Assembly: GCF_963921235.1 (NCBI RefSeq)
Contig: NC_086097.1
Location: 162,690,001-162,754,000 of the forward strand
DNA: 64,000 nucleotides
DNA from: Mobula hypostoma
Taxonomy: Eukaryota
Direction of reading: 5' to 3'
Made by a program: the position numbers and the translations under genes
Part shown: piece by piece, positions 38,096-50,734 of the stretch
Layout: each line of letters begins with the position of its first letter
Numbering within the stretch: position 1 is the first letter of the stretch
Notes under the pieces: model-generated
Database searches by the model: none
Seen by the model: only the letters and a program-made list of their open reading frames with translations
What the model was told of the DNA's origin: nothing

Positions 38096-38929
38096 TGTTG
38101 CACTGCCTTTGTTTACTTAGAATTTTGCATCTATTTCCCTAGCTTCTCCATAGTGCAGTTAGCTGAACACAACCACCACACCCTCATGGATAATTTTAGT
38201 GTTAGAAATTTCAGTTTTGGCTTCCAAGTGCAATAACTTCATTAACTTCATTAACTTCTGTCATTCTAAATGTCAAGTAAAATTGGGTCATTTTAAGGAA
38301 CTTTCCAAGGTGAGACAAGACAGTAAGAATCAACTTTTGTTGTGGGTTTCCTTGCAAGCCACGAATATGCTTCCCGGTTCAGAGTGAGTATGCAAATATG
38401 TATGTGTATATAGAGCGTACTAGGCAATCTAAATATAGGAACGATATGATCCCTATAAGCTGATTAGGTAGTTGTCAGTTAGTTCACTCCTGAACTCCAT
38501 AGCATAGCCTGTATGTCGGCAGAATGCATGGCCAACATTCCTGTAGTGATGGATCATTTGGTGTGCGAGTGTAAGCATCAGCGGGAACCCTCACTGTGCA
38601 TCGAACTATATGCTGACGACTTGAACACTGTGAGTAATATTGTTATGGAAGAGCTATATTGCCTATTATTATGAAATGTATTGCCTCTCATTGGTATTGG
38701 TTCATGGCTGTCATAAGTACTGAGATACAGTAAAAAGCTTTACCTGCCATTCATGCAGGTAATGTCATACATAAGGACATTGAGGTAGCAAAACGAAAGC
38801 AGAGTGCAGAATGTCGTGTAGCTACAGAGAAAGTGGTAAGCGAATAAAATGCAAGAGCCATGATTTGGCAGATAGGGAGGTCAAGAAGACATAGTAATCA
38901 TATGAGAAGCCTGTTCAAAATTCTGATAA

Positions 38930-41900
38930 CCATCAGACCATGAGACATGGGAGTAGATTCAGGCTATTTGGTTGATTGAGTCTGCTCCGTCATTCCATTA
39001 TGGCTAATTTATTATTCCTCTCGACCCCATTCTTTGGCCTTTTCCCTGTAGCCTTTGAAGCCCTGATGATTTATCCAGAAATTATCAACCTCCACTTTGA
39101 ATATATAATAACTTGGCCTTCTCTAGCATCTGTGGCAATGGATTCCACAGGTTCACCATTCTCTGGCTAAACAAAATTCCTTCTAATCTCTATTCTAGAT
39201 GGACGTCCCTGTATTCTGAGGCTGTGCCCTCTGGTCCTGGACCTTCCCACTATAGGGATCATTCTCTCAACATCTACTCTGTCCAGGCCTTTCAATATTT
39301 GAGAGGTTTCAATGAGATTCCCTCTCTCCCCCCCCCCACAAATTCTTCTAAACCTCAGCAAGTACAGGTCCAGAGCTATCAAACACTCCTCGTGCATTAA
39401 CCCTTTCATTCCCAGAATCATTCTTGTGAACCTCCTCTGGACTCTTCAATGCCAACACATCTTTTAGATAGAGGGTCCAAAACTACTCACTATACTCTAA
39501 ATGTGGTCTGACCAATGCCTAAAAAAGCCTCAGTATCACATCTTTTATATTCTACTGCTCTTGAAATGAATGTTAATGTTGCAATTGCTTTTCTCACCAC
39601 TGATTCAACCTGCAAGTTAACCTTTTGCGAACCCTGCACAAGGACTCCCAAGACACTTTGCACCTCTGATTTTTGACTTCTCCCCCCCCTGTTTAGAAAG
39701 TAATAGACCCCAATGCCATTGATCTTATTTGTTAAGTAGCCTCATGTGTGTCACCTTGTCAAAGGCCTTCTATAAATCCAAGTAAACGACATCCACTTTC
39801 TCTGCTTGGTCTATCCTGCTTATTACGTCCTCAAAGAATTCCAACAGATTTGTCAGGAATTTTTTTTCATAAGGAAACCACATTGACTTTAGCCTATTCT
39901 ATCATGTGTCAACAGGTACCCCAAAACCTTATCCTTAATGATGGACTCCAACATCTTCCCAACCACTAAAGTCAGACTAACTGTCCAATAATTTTCTATC
40001 TTCTGCCTCCCTTCCTTTCTTAATGAGTGGAGTGACATTTGCAATTTTTCAGTCCTCCAGATCTATTCCCGAATCTAGCGATTCTTGAAAGATTGTTACT
40101 AATACCTCCACAATCTCTTCAACTACCTCTTTCAAAACCTCGTGGAGCAGTCCATCTGGTCTAGGCAACTTACTGTATCTACCTTCAGACTTTTCAGCTT
40201 CCCAAGCACCTTCTCGTTAGTAATAGCAACTACACTCACTTCGGCCCCCTGACACTCTAGATTTTCTAGCAGACTGCCAGTGTCTTCCACAGTGAAGATT
40301 GATGCAAAATACTTATTGAGTATGTTTACATTTTCCTTGTCCCCATTACTAGCTCTCCAATGTTATTTTCTAGCAGTCTGATATCTATTCTCACCTCACT
40401 TTTACTCTCTCTATAAAAAAAAGAACTTAGATATCCTCTTTTATATTATTGGCTAGCTTACCTTCATATTTCATCTTTTCTATCCTTATTGATTTTTAGT
40501 TGATTTCTGTTGGTTATTAAAGCCTTCCCAATCCTCTAACTTTCCACTAAGTTTTTCTATATTATCTGCCTTCTCTTTTGCTTCTATGCTGTCTTTGACT
40601 TCCCTTGTCAGCCATAGTTGCCTCATCTTCCCTTTAGAATACTACTTCATCTTAGTGATGGATCTATCCTGCACCTTCCAAATTGCTCCCAGAAAATCGA
40701 ACTACCTTGCTAGTATCCTTTCCAATCAACTTTATCTAGCTTCTCTCTCATGCTTCTGTAATTCCCTGTACTCTACGGTAATATTATATCTGACTTTAGC
40801 TTCTCCTGCTCAAACTGCATTGTGAGTTCTATCATATTATGATTGCTGTCCCCTAAGAGTTCCTTTACCTTAAGCTCGCTAATCAGTTCCAGTTCATTGC
40901 ACAACACACAATCCAGAATAGCACTTCCCCGAGTGGGCTCAACCTCAGGATGCTCTTAAAAATCCAAAAAACCTGATTTTCCCAATCAACCTAAATATTG
41001 AAATTCCCCATGACTGTCATAACATTACTCTTCTTTCATTTTTCTCTTTTTTTCTATCTCCCATTGTAATTTGTACCCCACAACCTGACTATGCTTCAGA
41101 GAACGAAATATAACTCCCATCAGGTCTTTTTAACCTTGCATTTTCTTAACTCTACTCACAAGGATTCTACATCTTCCAATCTTTTGTCATCTTTCTATGA
41201 ATTTGCTTTCATATTTTACCAACAGAACCACCCACACCCTCTGCTTATTCACCTGTCCTTTTGATACAAGGTCTATCCTTTGGATGTTAAGCTCCCAACT
41301 ATGATCTTCTTTCAGCCACTGCCCAGTGATGCTAACATCCTCATACTCGCCAATTTCTAACTGCGCAACAAAATCATCTGCCTTATTCTGTATACTGTGA
41401 ACATTCAAAATATCACATAGTTCTGTATTCATCACCCTTTTCAATATTTGTCTTCGTGTTACACTTAACTCATTCCACTGCCTGTAATTTTTCCCTATTA
41501 TCTGTCTATCCTTATTCTCAGTCTCACTACACACTGCATCTACTTGCATACCTACTGCCCCATCCTGAACCTGGTTCCCATTTCCCTATCAAATTAGTTG
41601 AACCACTCCCCAAAAGCTCTAGCAAACCTGCTTGCAAGGATATTAGTTCCCCTCAGGTTCAGGTATAACCCATCCCTTTTCTACAGATCATACCTTCCCC
41701 AAAAGTGATCCCAATAATCCAGAAATCTGAAACTCTGCCCCCTGCACTAATTCCTCAGCCCCATATTCATCTGCCAAATCTACCTATTCTTACCCTTACT
41801 GGTGTGTGGCAAAGGCAGCAATCCAGAGATTACTAACCTGGAGGTCCTGTTTTTCAGTTTTCTACTCGGCTTCCTATATTCTCTCTTCAGGACTTCCATG

Positions 41901-42050
41901 CAGTTCCTACCAGTATTATTGGTACTGGTTAATTACCTTGATTCTGGCTGCTCACCCTATCCCTTTAGATTGCTGTGGATCAGATCTACAACATCCCTGA
42001 CCCCGGCATCCCATCCAGGTGTCTTTCACATCCAGAGAATCTCCTGTGGG
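38930..42050 (-). mobile_element. CR1-clade LINE with ORF1 esterase, APE endonuclease and RT remnants (internal deletions)
   Basis: ORF1 SGNH-like FRFLDYWDHFWGRYDL*KRDGLYLNLRG near 41620-41730; APE start NVHSIQNKADDF...VSITGQWL; 3' end GRSRTRGHSLRIQGRPSRIEIRRNF. Confidence 0.88.
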
Positions 42051-42469
42051 ATTGAGTGAGATAACAATGAGAAAGAAGCTGTCCTTGCATCTAGTTGGCT
42101 ACTTTCCTGAGGCAGCAAGAAATGCAGATGGAGTCATTGGAAGGGAAGCTTTATTGACTGGGCTGCATTCACAGCACTGTATAATGAATTAGGGGGAAAT
42201 GAATGGAGAAACATGTACTTGTCTGGATCTTCAGCAAAGCTCAGGTGCTCAGCACTTCAGAGCAAAGCAGACCACTTGGTTGTACTTCAGTTGTCTTCCT
42301 GAACAATAACATTCTCTACCTTAGCAACTGCATGCACATTCTCCTAGATCCACTCTTGTAACTTCTTTTCTGGGAATTAATATTTGCTCCACCCCTCCCT
42401 TCCCAATATCTTCCACCAACTCTTTCACTCGGCCTTCCACCCCAGCAATAAGTGGAACTGTTTCAGTGT

Positions 42470-43320
42470 CGAATCAGTGTCAGAATCAGGTTTATTATCA
42501 CTGGCATATGTCGTGAAATTTGCAAACTTAGCAGCAGCAGTGCAATGCAATACATGATAATATTGAATAATTAAATGAGTAAATCAATTGCAATGTATGT
42601 GTGTCATGAACACTACAACACTAGCTCACTTTTTTATATTATTTCCATTTTTGTACTATTTTTAATTTAGTTTGTAGTGTTCATGAGTTCAGTATTCATT
42701 TATGAATCATATGGCAGCGGGGAAGAAGCTGTTCCTGAATCATTGAATGTGTGCCTTTAAGCTTCTGTACCTCCTTCCTGATGGTAACAGTGAGAAGTGG
42801 GCATGCCCTGGGTGATTGGGGTCCTTAATAATGGACACTGCCTTTCTGAGGCACTGCTCCTTGAAGATGTCTTGAGTACTACAGAGGCTAATACCCAAGA
42901 TGGAGCTGACTAATTTTACAACTTTCCATAGCTTTCGATCCTATGTAGTAGCCAGCTCCCTCACCCTCATACCAGACAGTGATGCAGCCTGTCAGAATGC
43001 CCTCCGTGGTACATCCTTAGAAGTTTTCAAGTGTTTTAGGTGACGAACCAAATCTCCTCAATTCCTAATGAAATATAGCCGCTGTCATGCCTTCATTATG
43101 GCTGCATCGATATGATAGGACCAGGTCAGATCTTCAGAAACCTTGACAACCAGGAACTTAAAATTTCTCATGCTCTACACTTCTGATCCCTCTGAGGATT
43201 GGTTCGTGTTCCCTTGTCTTACCTTTCCTGAAGTCCACAACCAGCTCATTGGTCTTATTGGCATTGAGTGCAAGGTTGTTGCTGTGACACCACTCAACTA
43301 GCTGATATATCTTGCTCTTC
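42470..43320 (-). mobile_element. Rex1/Babar-type LINE 3' fragment
   Basis: Tail tcagaatcaggtttatt; body similar to the fragments at 2450-2840 and 45800-46590. Confidence 0.65.
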
Positions 43321-43534
43321 TATAACCTGAAATTGAGTTTACAAAAACAAGAGTACATATCTGATTGCAATGCACAAAAAGAAGATTTTCTTAAAGTAAA
43401 AGAATTACTGAAATTAAGCTTTGAACAAGGTATCAACACAGCCAACATGGCGAAGGTACCAATACTTAACACCAATATTTTCCAGGACTTAGTCTTTCAA
43501 CACTTCAAAGTAAAGTGTACTATCAAACTACATG

Positions 43535-45770
43535 TATTTCAAGTCAAGTTTATTGTCATTTAACTATAAACATGCATACAGTATAACATATATAATACAT
43601 GATGTATATAGAAATGAGACAATGTTTCTTCAAACCGGAGTGTAAAGCACATAGTACATGTAACACAAGATAGCTTATGAAGGTGAGGATAAAATCTACA
43701 GATAAATCATGCATAAATAACAATCTAAATTGCATTAATATTAAATATTGTAAGGAGCAGAACGGATTAACCAGTGACACTTCAAATATGATGCATCAAG
43801 GAATTCAGAAGCCTAATTTGCCTGGGGGAAGAAACTGTTTTTCATTCTGACCATTCTTGTTTTTATGCATCATAGTCTCCTGCCCGATGGTGGAAAGTCA
43901 AAGAGAATGCTGGATGGATGACTGGGATCCTTTATAATATTAAGAGTCCCGTGTATGCAGCACTCCTGATAAATGTTCCTGATGGATGGTAGGGAGACCC
44001 CTATGATTCTCTCAACTGTTCTCACAGTCCTTTATAGGGACTTCTGGTCCGATGTGCAGCTGCTCACATACCAGATGGAGATGCAACTTGTCAGGACGCT
44101 CTCACCATTGCTCCTGTAAAACACAGTTAAATTGGGGGTGGGTGGGAGTGGAGAGAGCCTTGTTTCCCTCAATCTTAGGAAGTGGAGGTGCTGCTGTGCC
44201 TTCTTGTTCAGGGACGTGATATTAAGGGACCAGTTGAGGTCATCCATAATGTGAACTCCCAGGAACTTGGTGCACTTAACTCACTCTACGGAGGAGCCAT
44301 GTATTCGCCGAGGGGGTTAGTTCATCTGCACCTTCCTGAAGTCCACAATGATTTCCTTTGTCTTCTCAACATTCAGGTTTAGGTTGTTCTCACACCAATC
44401 CACCAGCCGTTGCACTTCCTCTCTATACTCGGTCCCTTCATTGTTCTTGATTTTGTCATCCTCAAACTTGACGTCACGGTTTGTGCTGGATCATGTGACA
44501 CAATCGTATGTCATCAGTGTGAAGAGTAGCGGGTTGAGCACACAGCCTTGAGGAGTGCCAGTGCTCAGTGTAATGGCACAAGAGATGTTGCTGCCCACTT
44601 AGACTGACAGTGGCCTATGCAGTTAGGAGTCCAGTATCCAGTTGCAGAGGGAGGTGTTAAGACCAGAGAGGACAGTTTCCCCACCAGTGTCTGGAGTATG
44701 ATGGTGTTGAACGCCGAACTGAAGTCTATAAACTGCAATCTGGCATATGACAACCCATTTTCCAGGTGGGGCAGGACAGAGTGGAGGGCAAAGGTCAGTG
44801 GATCGAATTGAGCAATAAGCAAACTGGAAAGGGTCCAGTGTAGCCAGAAGAAAGGCTTTAATGTGCTCCATGACCAGTAGCTCAAAGCATTTCATAATGG
44901 TTGATGTTAATGCCACCAGTAGGTTACTGTTGCCTTCTTTGGCACTGGAATGATGGTTGCTGCCTTGAAAACTGAGGGAACGATGGATTGTTCCAGAGAG
45001 ATGTTGATTATATCAGTCAGCACCTCCGTCAGTTGAGCTGTGCAGTTCTCCAGAATCCGATCTGGTATGTCATTGGGCCCCACAGCTTACGTGGGTTAAC
45101 TCTGGCCAGGGTTTTCCTCACCTCTGCTTCAGTCAGACACAGTGCCAGCTCCCCTGGGACGAGGGGACCTTCCTCGTCAGCACTGTGTTCTGCATATCCA
45201 GCCGGGTGTGGAAGACATTCGGCCTCGCAGGGAATGAAGCATCGTGGTCACTGATGCGCGGAGTAGACTTGTCACCTTGTAATCCTCTGAATGCCCTGCC
45301 AGATGTGCATTGTGCCTCATGTATCGTGGAAGTGGCTGTAATTTCTCTGAGAATGCTCCCATTTCGCCTTCCTGTTGGAGCGGGAAAGCACAGTTCTTGC
45401 TTTCCTAAGTGCCATCACCTCCCGTGATCTGAAGGTAGCATTGTGATAATGCACCAGCCTGGCACGGATCTCTGCAGTAAGCCATGGCTTCCGGTTTACC
45501 CTCACCCGGATGTGTTTCGTGATGGTAACACCCTTGGTACTATGTAGCTGGTCACAGGATCCACATATTCTTCGATGTTAACATGATTGTTATGGGTAGC
45601 AGCCTCCCTGAACATTCTCCAGTTTGTATTATCAAATCTGTTCTGCAGGGCAGAGATTACAGCCTCAGGCCAGGTTTTCACCACCTTTAGAACTGGTTTG
45701 ACCCATTTGATCACTGGTTTGTATGCTGGAACTAACACTACAGATAAGTGATCTGAGAGTCCAGTGTGTG
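43535..45770 (-). mobile_element. Rex1/Babar-type LINE (endonuclease end + RT, decayed)
   Basis: [77 protein letters not shown]; tail ttcaagtcaagtttatt. Confidence 0.85.
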
Positions 45771-45799
45771 GGGGGGGGGGGGGGTTCACCGTTTACAAC

Positions 45800-46590
45800 C
45801 CTGAGATTCATTTTCTTATGGGCATACCTAATAACTAAACCTATAGAATAATAACCCTAACTGAATAAGTGAAAGACTGCACCAACTTGAGTTTTCTTCC
45901 AGAGTGCAGAAGACTGTGCAAATACAAAAAGAAAGAATTAATTAAAAATAAATAATGCGAACATGAGATGACGAGTCCTTGAAGGTGAGACATTTCAGTG
46001 ATGGGACAAGTGAAGTTGAGTGAGGTTATTCGCTTTGGTTCAAGAGCCTGATGGTTGATGGGTCATAACTGTACCCGAACCAGGCAGTATGAGTCCTGAG
46101 GCTTCCGTACTACCTTCCCGATGGCAGCAGCGAGAAGAGTGCATAGCCTGGGTGGTGGAGGTCACTGATAATAAATGCTGCATTCCTCTGACACTGTTTC
46201 ACGTAGATGTGCTAACGGGTAGGGAGAGTTTTACCCATGATGGACTGGGCCGTATCCACTACTTTTTGTAGGATTTTTCCATTCAAAGGCATTGGTGTGT
46301 CCCTACCAGGCTGTGATGCAGCCAGTCAATATACTCTCCACTCCGCATCCAAAGAAATTTGTCAAAGTTTTAGATGTCATGCTGAATCTTCACAAACTCC
46401 TCATGAAGTAGAGGTGCTGCCGTGCTTTGCTTGCAATTGCATTTGTGTGCTGGCACCAGGCCAGGTCTATCAAAATAATAACACAGAGGAATTGAAAGTT
46501 GCTGACTCTCACCCTCTCTGATCCTCCGATGAGGATCATGGACTTTGGTTTTGTTCCCCTGAACTCAATAATCAGCTCCTTGGCCCTCTG
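45800..46590 (-). mobile_element. Rex1/Babar-type LINE 3' fragment
   Basis: Similar to 42700-43300 (gtacctccttcc.gatgg.a.cag.gagaag motif and downstream body). Confidence 0.62.
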
Positions 46591-47017
46591 TATTTCTGAG
46601 CATGGTTTGTGTTAAAATGGTTACCCTGGTAATTTCTTGTTCCGTGTATTGATTAGCAAGTGACACACCTCAGATAAGCAGTAATGGGCTGAAAATCAAC
46701 ACTTTCACGCATTTCTCGTATTCCCAATCCGCTCCCCCTCCCCCTCTGTCTCTATATTAATGGACATTAACAACCTTTCTGAAATTCTGCCAAGTCAGCA
46801 TTTATCATTTGCATCTGGAGTACAAGTAAGATGATCCAGCAGTGATCCAAATGATCCAACTGCAACAAAGTTACCACTTGGACCGGGAAAGTAAGAGTAA
46901 CAAGTTTGGCTTGTATTTTTTTCATTTTATTCAGAGATTTCACTGACCAATATTTAGTTCCCTTTTAATTGCAACTTCTGAGCAATCGGACTTTTCTGAT
47001 TTTGACTTGGAGCTTTT

Positions 47018-47465
47018 CATAGAAACATAGAAAATAGGTGCAGAAGTAGGCCATTCGGCCCCTCGAGCCTGCACCACCATTTATTATGATCATGGCTGAT
47101 CATCCAACTCAGAACCCCGCCCCAGCCTTCCCTCCATACCCCCTGATCCCCGTAGCCATAAGGGCCATATCTAACTCCCTCTTAAATATAGCCAATGTAC
47201 TGGCCTCAACTGCTTCCTGTGGCAGAGAATTCCACAGATTCACCACTCTCTGTGTGAAGAAGTTTTTCCTAATCTCGGTCCTAAAAGGCTTCCCCTTTAT
47301 CCTCAAACTGTGACCCCTTGTTCTGGACTTCCCCAACATCGGGAACAATCTTCCTGCATCTAGCCTGTCCAATCAGATCCCCCTTCAATCTTCTAAATTC
47401 CAATGAGTACAAGCCCAGTTCATCCAGTCTTTCTTCATATGAAAGTCCTGCCATCCCAGGAATCA
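47018..47465 (-). mobile_element. Young CR1 3' end with internal deletion
   Basis: GKSRTRGHSLRIKGKPFRTEIRKNFFTQRVVNLWNSLPQEAVEA and MIPGMAGLSYEERLDELGLYSLEFRRLKGDLI; tail seen as catagaaa repeats. Confidence 0.88.
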
Positions 47466-48025
47466 CATGAATGAACTTCCTTGGAAAGGCTAGTATATAA
47501 GAAACTTTGTAAATGGACTATGTTAGGCTGCAATAATTTGATAAATTATCAGCATGAAATTGAGCTGGGAATTTGAATATTCCCAAAACAAGAACAACCC
47601 GTCGGACAGGTAACATTCAACGTCAGACCTAATTTCATAGAGCTGTATCTGGCCTGCATAGTTTGAGTGTGGAATCTTGGGAAGCATCTTGCATCCTTAG
47701 CTACCAGTGTTGTTTAGGCTGATGAAATGTAATGGGCTTCCAAACAAGCCATTCATTGGAAGATACTAATGAGTGAAATCCTGTTTCATTCCTAGTAGAT
47801 GCAAATCTAGATGCCTTATTTTTTGTTTTCTCTTCTGCATATAGCAATTTAGCAGACTCTGTATTTCCGACAGGTACATGTGATTTCTTACATGCCAGAC
47901 TTAAAGGCTTAGGATGCCCACAAAGCAAGCGATACTCAAGTTGAATACCCAAGCCAAAGAATGGAAGATGTCTTATGGTCAATAATGGCAGTTTAGTTAA
48001 TACTTTCTTTCTTTTTCAATCACAG

Positions 48026-48116
48026 GCCAGAATTGAGTTCATGGCACCTGAGTCTTCACCTACTTCCAATGGTGTTCAACAGGCAGAGGAAAAAACATCT
48101 TGGGATCCCACAAAAG
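48026..48116 (+). CDS. ARHGAP28: ARHGAP18/28/40-family RhoGAP, probable coding exon C (poorly conserved linker)
   Basis: Strong pyrimidine tract + cacAG, GTAGGC donor at 48117. Open 91-nt frame ARIEFMAPESSPTSNGVQQAEEKTSWDPTK. Phase 0 in and phase 1 out bridges exons B and D exactly. No recognisable motif. Confidence 0.68.
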
Positions 48117-49425
48117 GTAGGCACTGTTCAAGCGCAGAAACAAGTTGTTGGAGAGCTCAGGAGAAGACGAAAGGGTAGGAATAAGAATAAATATTCCTGT
48201 CCTCTTTGGTCTTAGGCTTAGAAAAGGAAAATAACTTGAGCGAGGAGAAGTGTGCATTTGACTATGTCTTCCCCATATGTGAGTTGTATGGAGTAGTAAT
48301 TGTTTTCAACTGTGTCACTCTTGGAAGTAAAAGGAGCCACATCTGACATAGGTACACTGCCAAGGAAAGAGTTTCCTAGAACGAGAAGCTCCCCACAAAT
48401 TTGGTATATGTAACAGGCATTATTTGTAGCATATTCCCTAAGCTGAGGTGGTTTCTTGCTGTAAGACATTTTTTTCTGTGTTTCCTTCCAATAAGAGGTG
48501 TTAAAATTTCAGCAGCGCATTACACAGGCAATGCTGCTGGCTGAGCAGACAGGCACAACATTAATGACAGCCAACACTTTCCAAGTGATCCCTCCACAGC
48601 AGCCTCAGTTGTGTGGGAATGTGTCCAAATTGGGAAGGTAGTGTGGAAAATTCCAAAAATTGAGGTGAAATGGGGATAAGTTTCAAAAGTCAGACGAGGT
48701 GGGAGGAGGAATATAAATGTGCTGTGGTTAATGGTGCAAGGGTCTCTTGGGAAGAGCTTTCCTATACCCTGAGTGTCGAAAAGTCTGATTGTACCCAATG
48801 GTTGCCATCTTCATCAGAAGCTATTGGGTACTAATGGCCATCAGTGAAAATCTCTTGTATAAACAACTTTAACTGTGACACTGTATTCTGATTCTGTTAT
48901 TCTTTTTCTCTTGTACTTCCATGATATACTGAAGTTTTTAATGATCTGTGGGATGGCCTGCAGGACTCAGCTTCTCAATGTATCTCAGTACATATAGCAA
49001 TAATAAACCAATTCCAATTTCAAAAATTTCAGGAAATGGTTTTTAGTACACAGGAAGGATATACCTTGGACAAATTAAATCATATACAGTGCTCCTAACT
49101 AGCAGTGTGATGTATTAATTGTTGAACCTTGAGTTAACAGTCCAAAGGTGCAACTTTGATCCAGTTGGAGTCAGTAAGTAATTAAGAGGAGTGCACACAT
49201 TTTGATGGGCAAGTAAAATGTCCCTTCTAAGGTGGACTGCAACGGGAAGTGTCCCTTGCAATTTTCAAATGGGAGCAGTGTCAAAAGTAAACAGGCACAG
49301 TTTAGACGCATGGATTGCAGTATTTTGTGTGTGGATATATTGTCCAATGTGTCCATTCCCTAAGCATTAGTCTCTGTTAATCATGTGCACTTCATGCAGT
49401 TGGTTGGTAGACTTCACAACTTATC

Positions 49426-50734
49426 TTTCTTTTTAAATCTTTTTATTGAATAAGTATACAAAAAGGTAAGCCATATAGACACTAATACACTGTTAGAATA
49501 TAATTAAATTACAGAAGATATTAATACAAAAGAAATAAAAAAATACTACAATGTAATTTAAACATAACATACCAAGGTAACATAATAGTATACTAATTTT
49601 TATATATATATCAATAGAGAAAAGGAAACCCCCCCCCCAAAAAACCCCCCACCGTGCAACTAACTAAAAGCAAAGCAAAGCAATGGGCTAACTTGAAACC
49701 AAACAGAGTTAAACTTAAAATCACGTCCTCAATCCCGACCTCCATTAAAAACAGTAAAAAAAACAAGAAGGGTATATATTACATTAAATGAAAATATTGA
49801 ATAAAAGATCTCCAAGTCTGTTCAAATTTAAATGAGTCATAAAGATTGCTTCTAATTTTCTCCAAATTCAAGCATAATATCGTCTGAGAAAACCAAAAAA
49901 AGGTAGTTGGAGCATTAAACTCTTTCCAATGTTGTAAGATACATCTTTTCGCCATTAAAGTAAGAAATGCAATCATTCTACGGGCTGAAGGGGAAAGATT
50001 ACTGGAAATTTTAGGTAGTCCAAAGATAGCAGTAATAGGGTGAGGAGAGATATCTATATTCAATACCTTGGAGATAATATTAAAAATGTCTCTCCAAAAA
50101 GTTTCCAAAGTAGGGCAAGACCAAAACATATGAGTTAAAGAGGCTATCTGCCCCGGACATCTATCACAAAAAGGATTAATATGAGAATAAAAGCGCGCTA
50201 ACTTATCTTTGGACATATGTGCTCTATGAACAACTTTAAATTGAATTAGGGAATGTTTAGCACAGATAGAGGAAGTATTGACTAATTGTAAAATCTGCCC
50301 CCAGTCATCCACGGAAATGGTAAACCCCAATTCCTGTTCCCAATCTACCCTAATCTTATCAAATGGAGCTTTCCTAAGTTTCATAATAATATTATAAATC
50401 ATAGCCGATGCACCTTCCTGACATGGATTAAGGTTAATTATAGTATCTAAAATGTATGTAGGAGGAAGCATTGGAAAGGAAGAAAGTATAGTACTTAGGA
50501 AATTTCTAACTTGTAGATATCTTAAAAAAATGTATTCTTGATAAGTTATATTTATTAGATAATTGTTCAAAAGACATAAGGGACCCATCTAAAAATAAAT
50601 CCAAAAACCGTGAAATACCCTTAGTCTTCCAAATTTGAAAAGCACGATTCGTAAAAGAGGGAGGAAAAAATATGTTACCTAAAATAGGAATCGCTAACCC
50701 AAATTGATTAAGATCAAAAAATTTTCTGAATTGA
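49426..50734 (-). mobile_element. L1-clade LINE, 5'-truncated (ORF2 C-terminal Cys/His domain + 3' UTR)
   Basis: QFKVVHRAH...CDRC...LTHMFWSC..LETFW in ORF 49779-50588; AATAAA and A-rich end; exact 10-bp TSD acaacttatc at 49416-49425 and 50735-50744. Confidence 0.9.
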
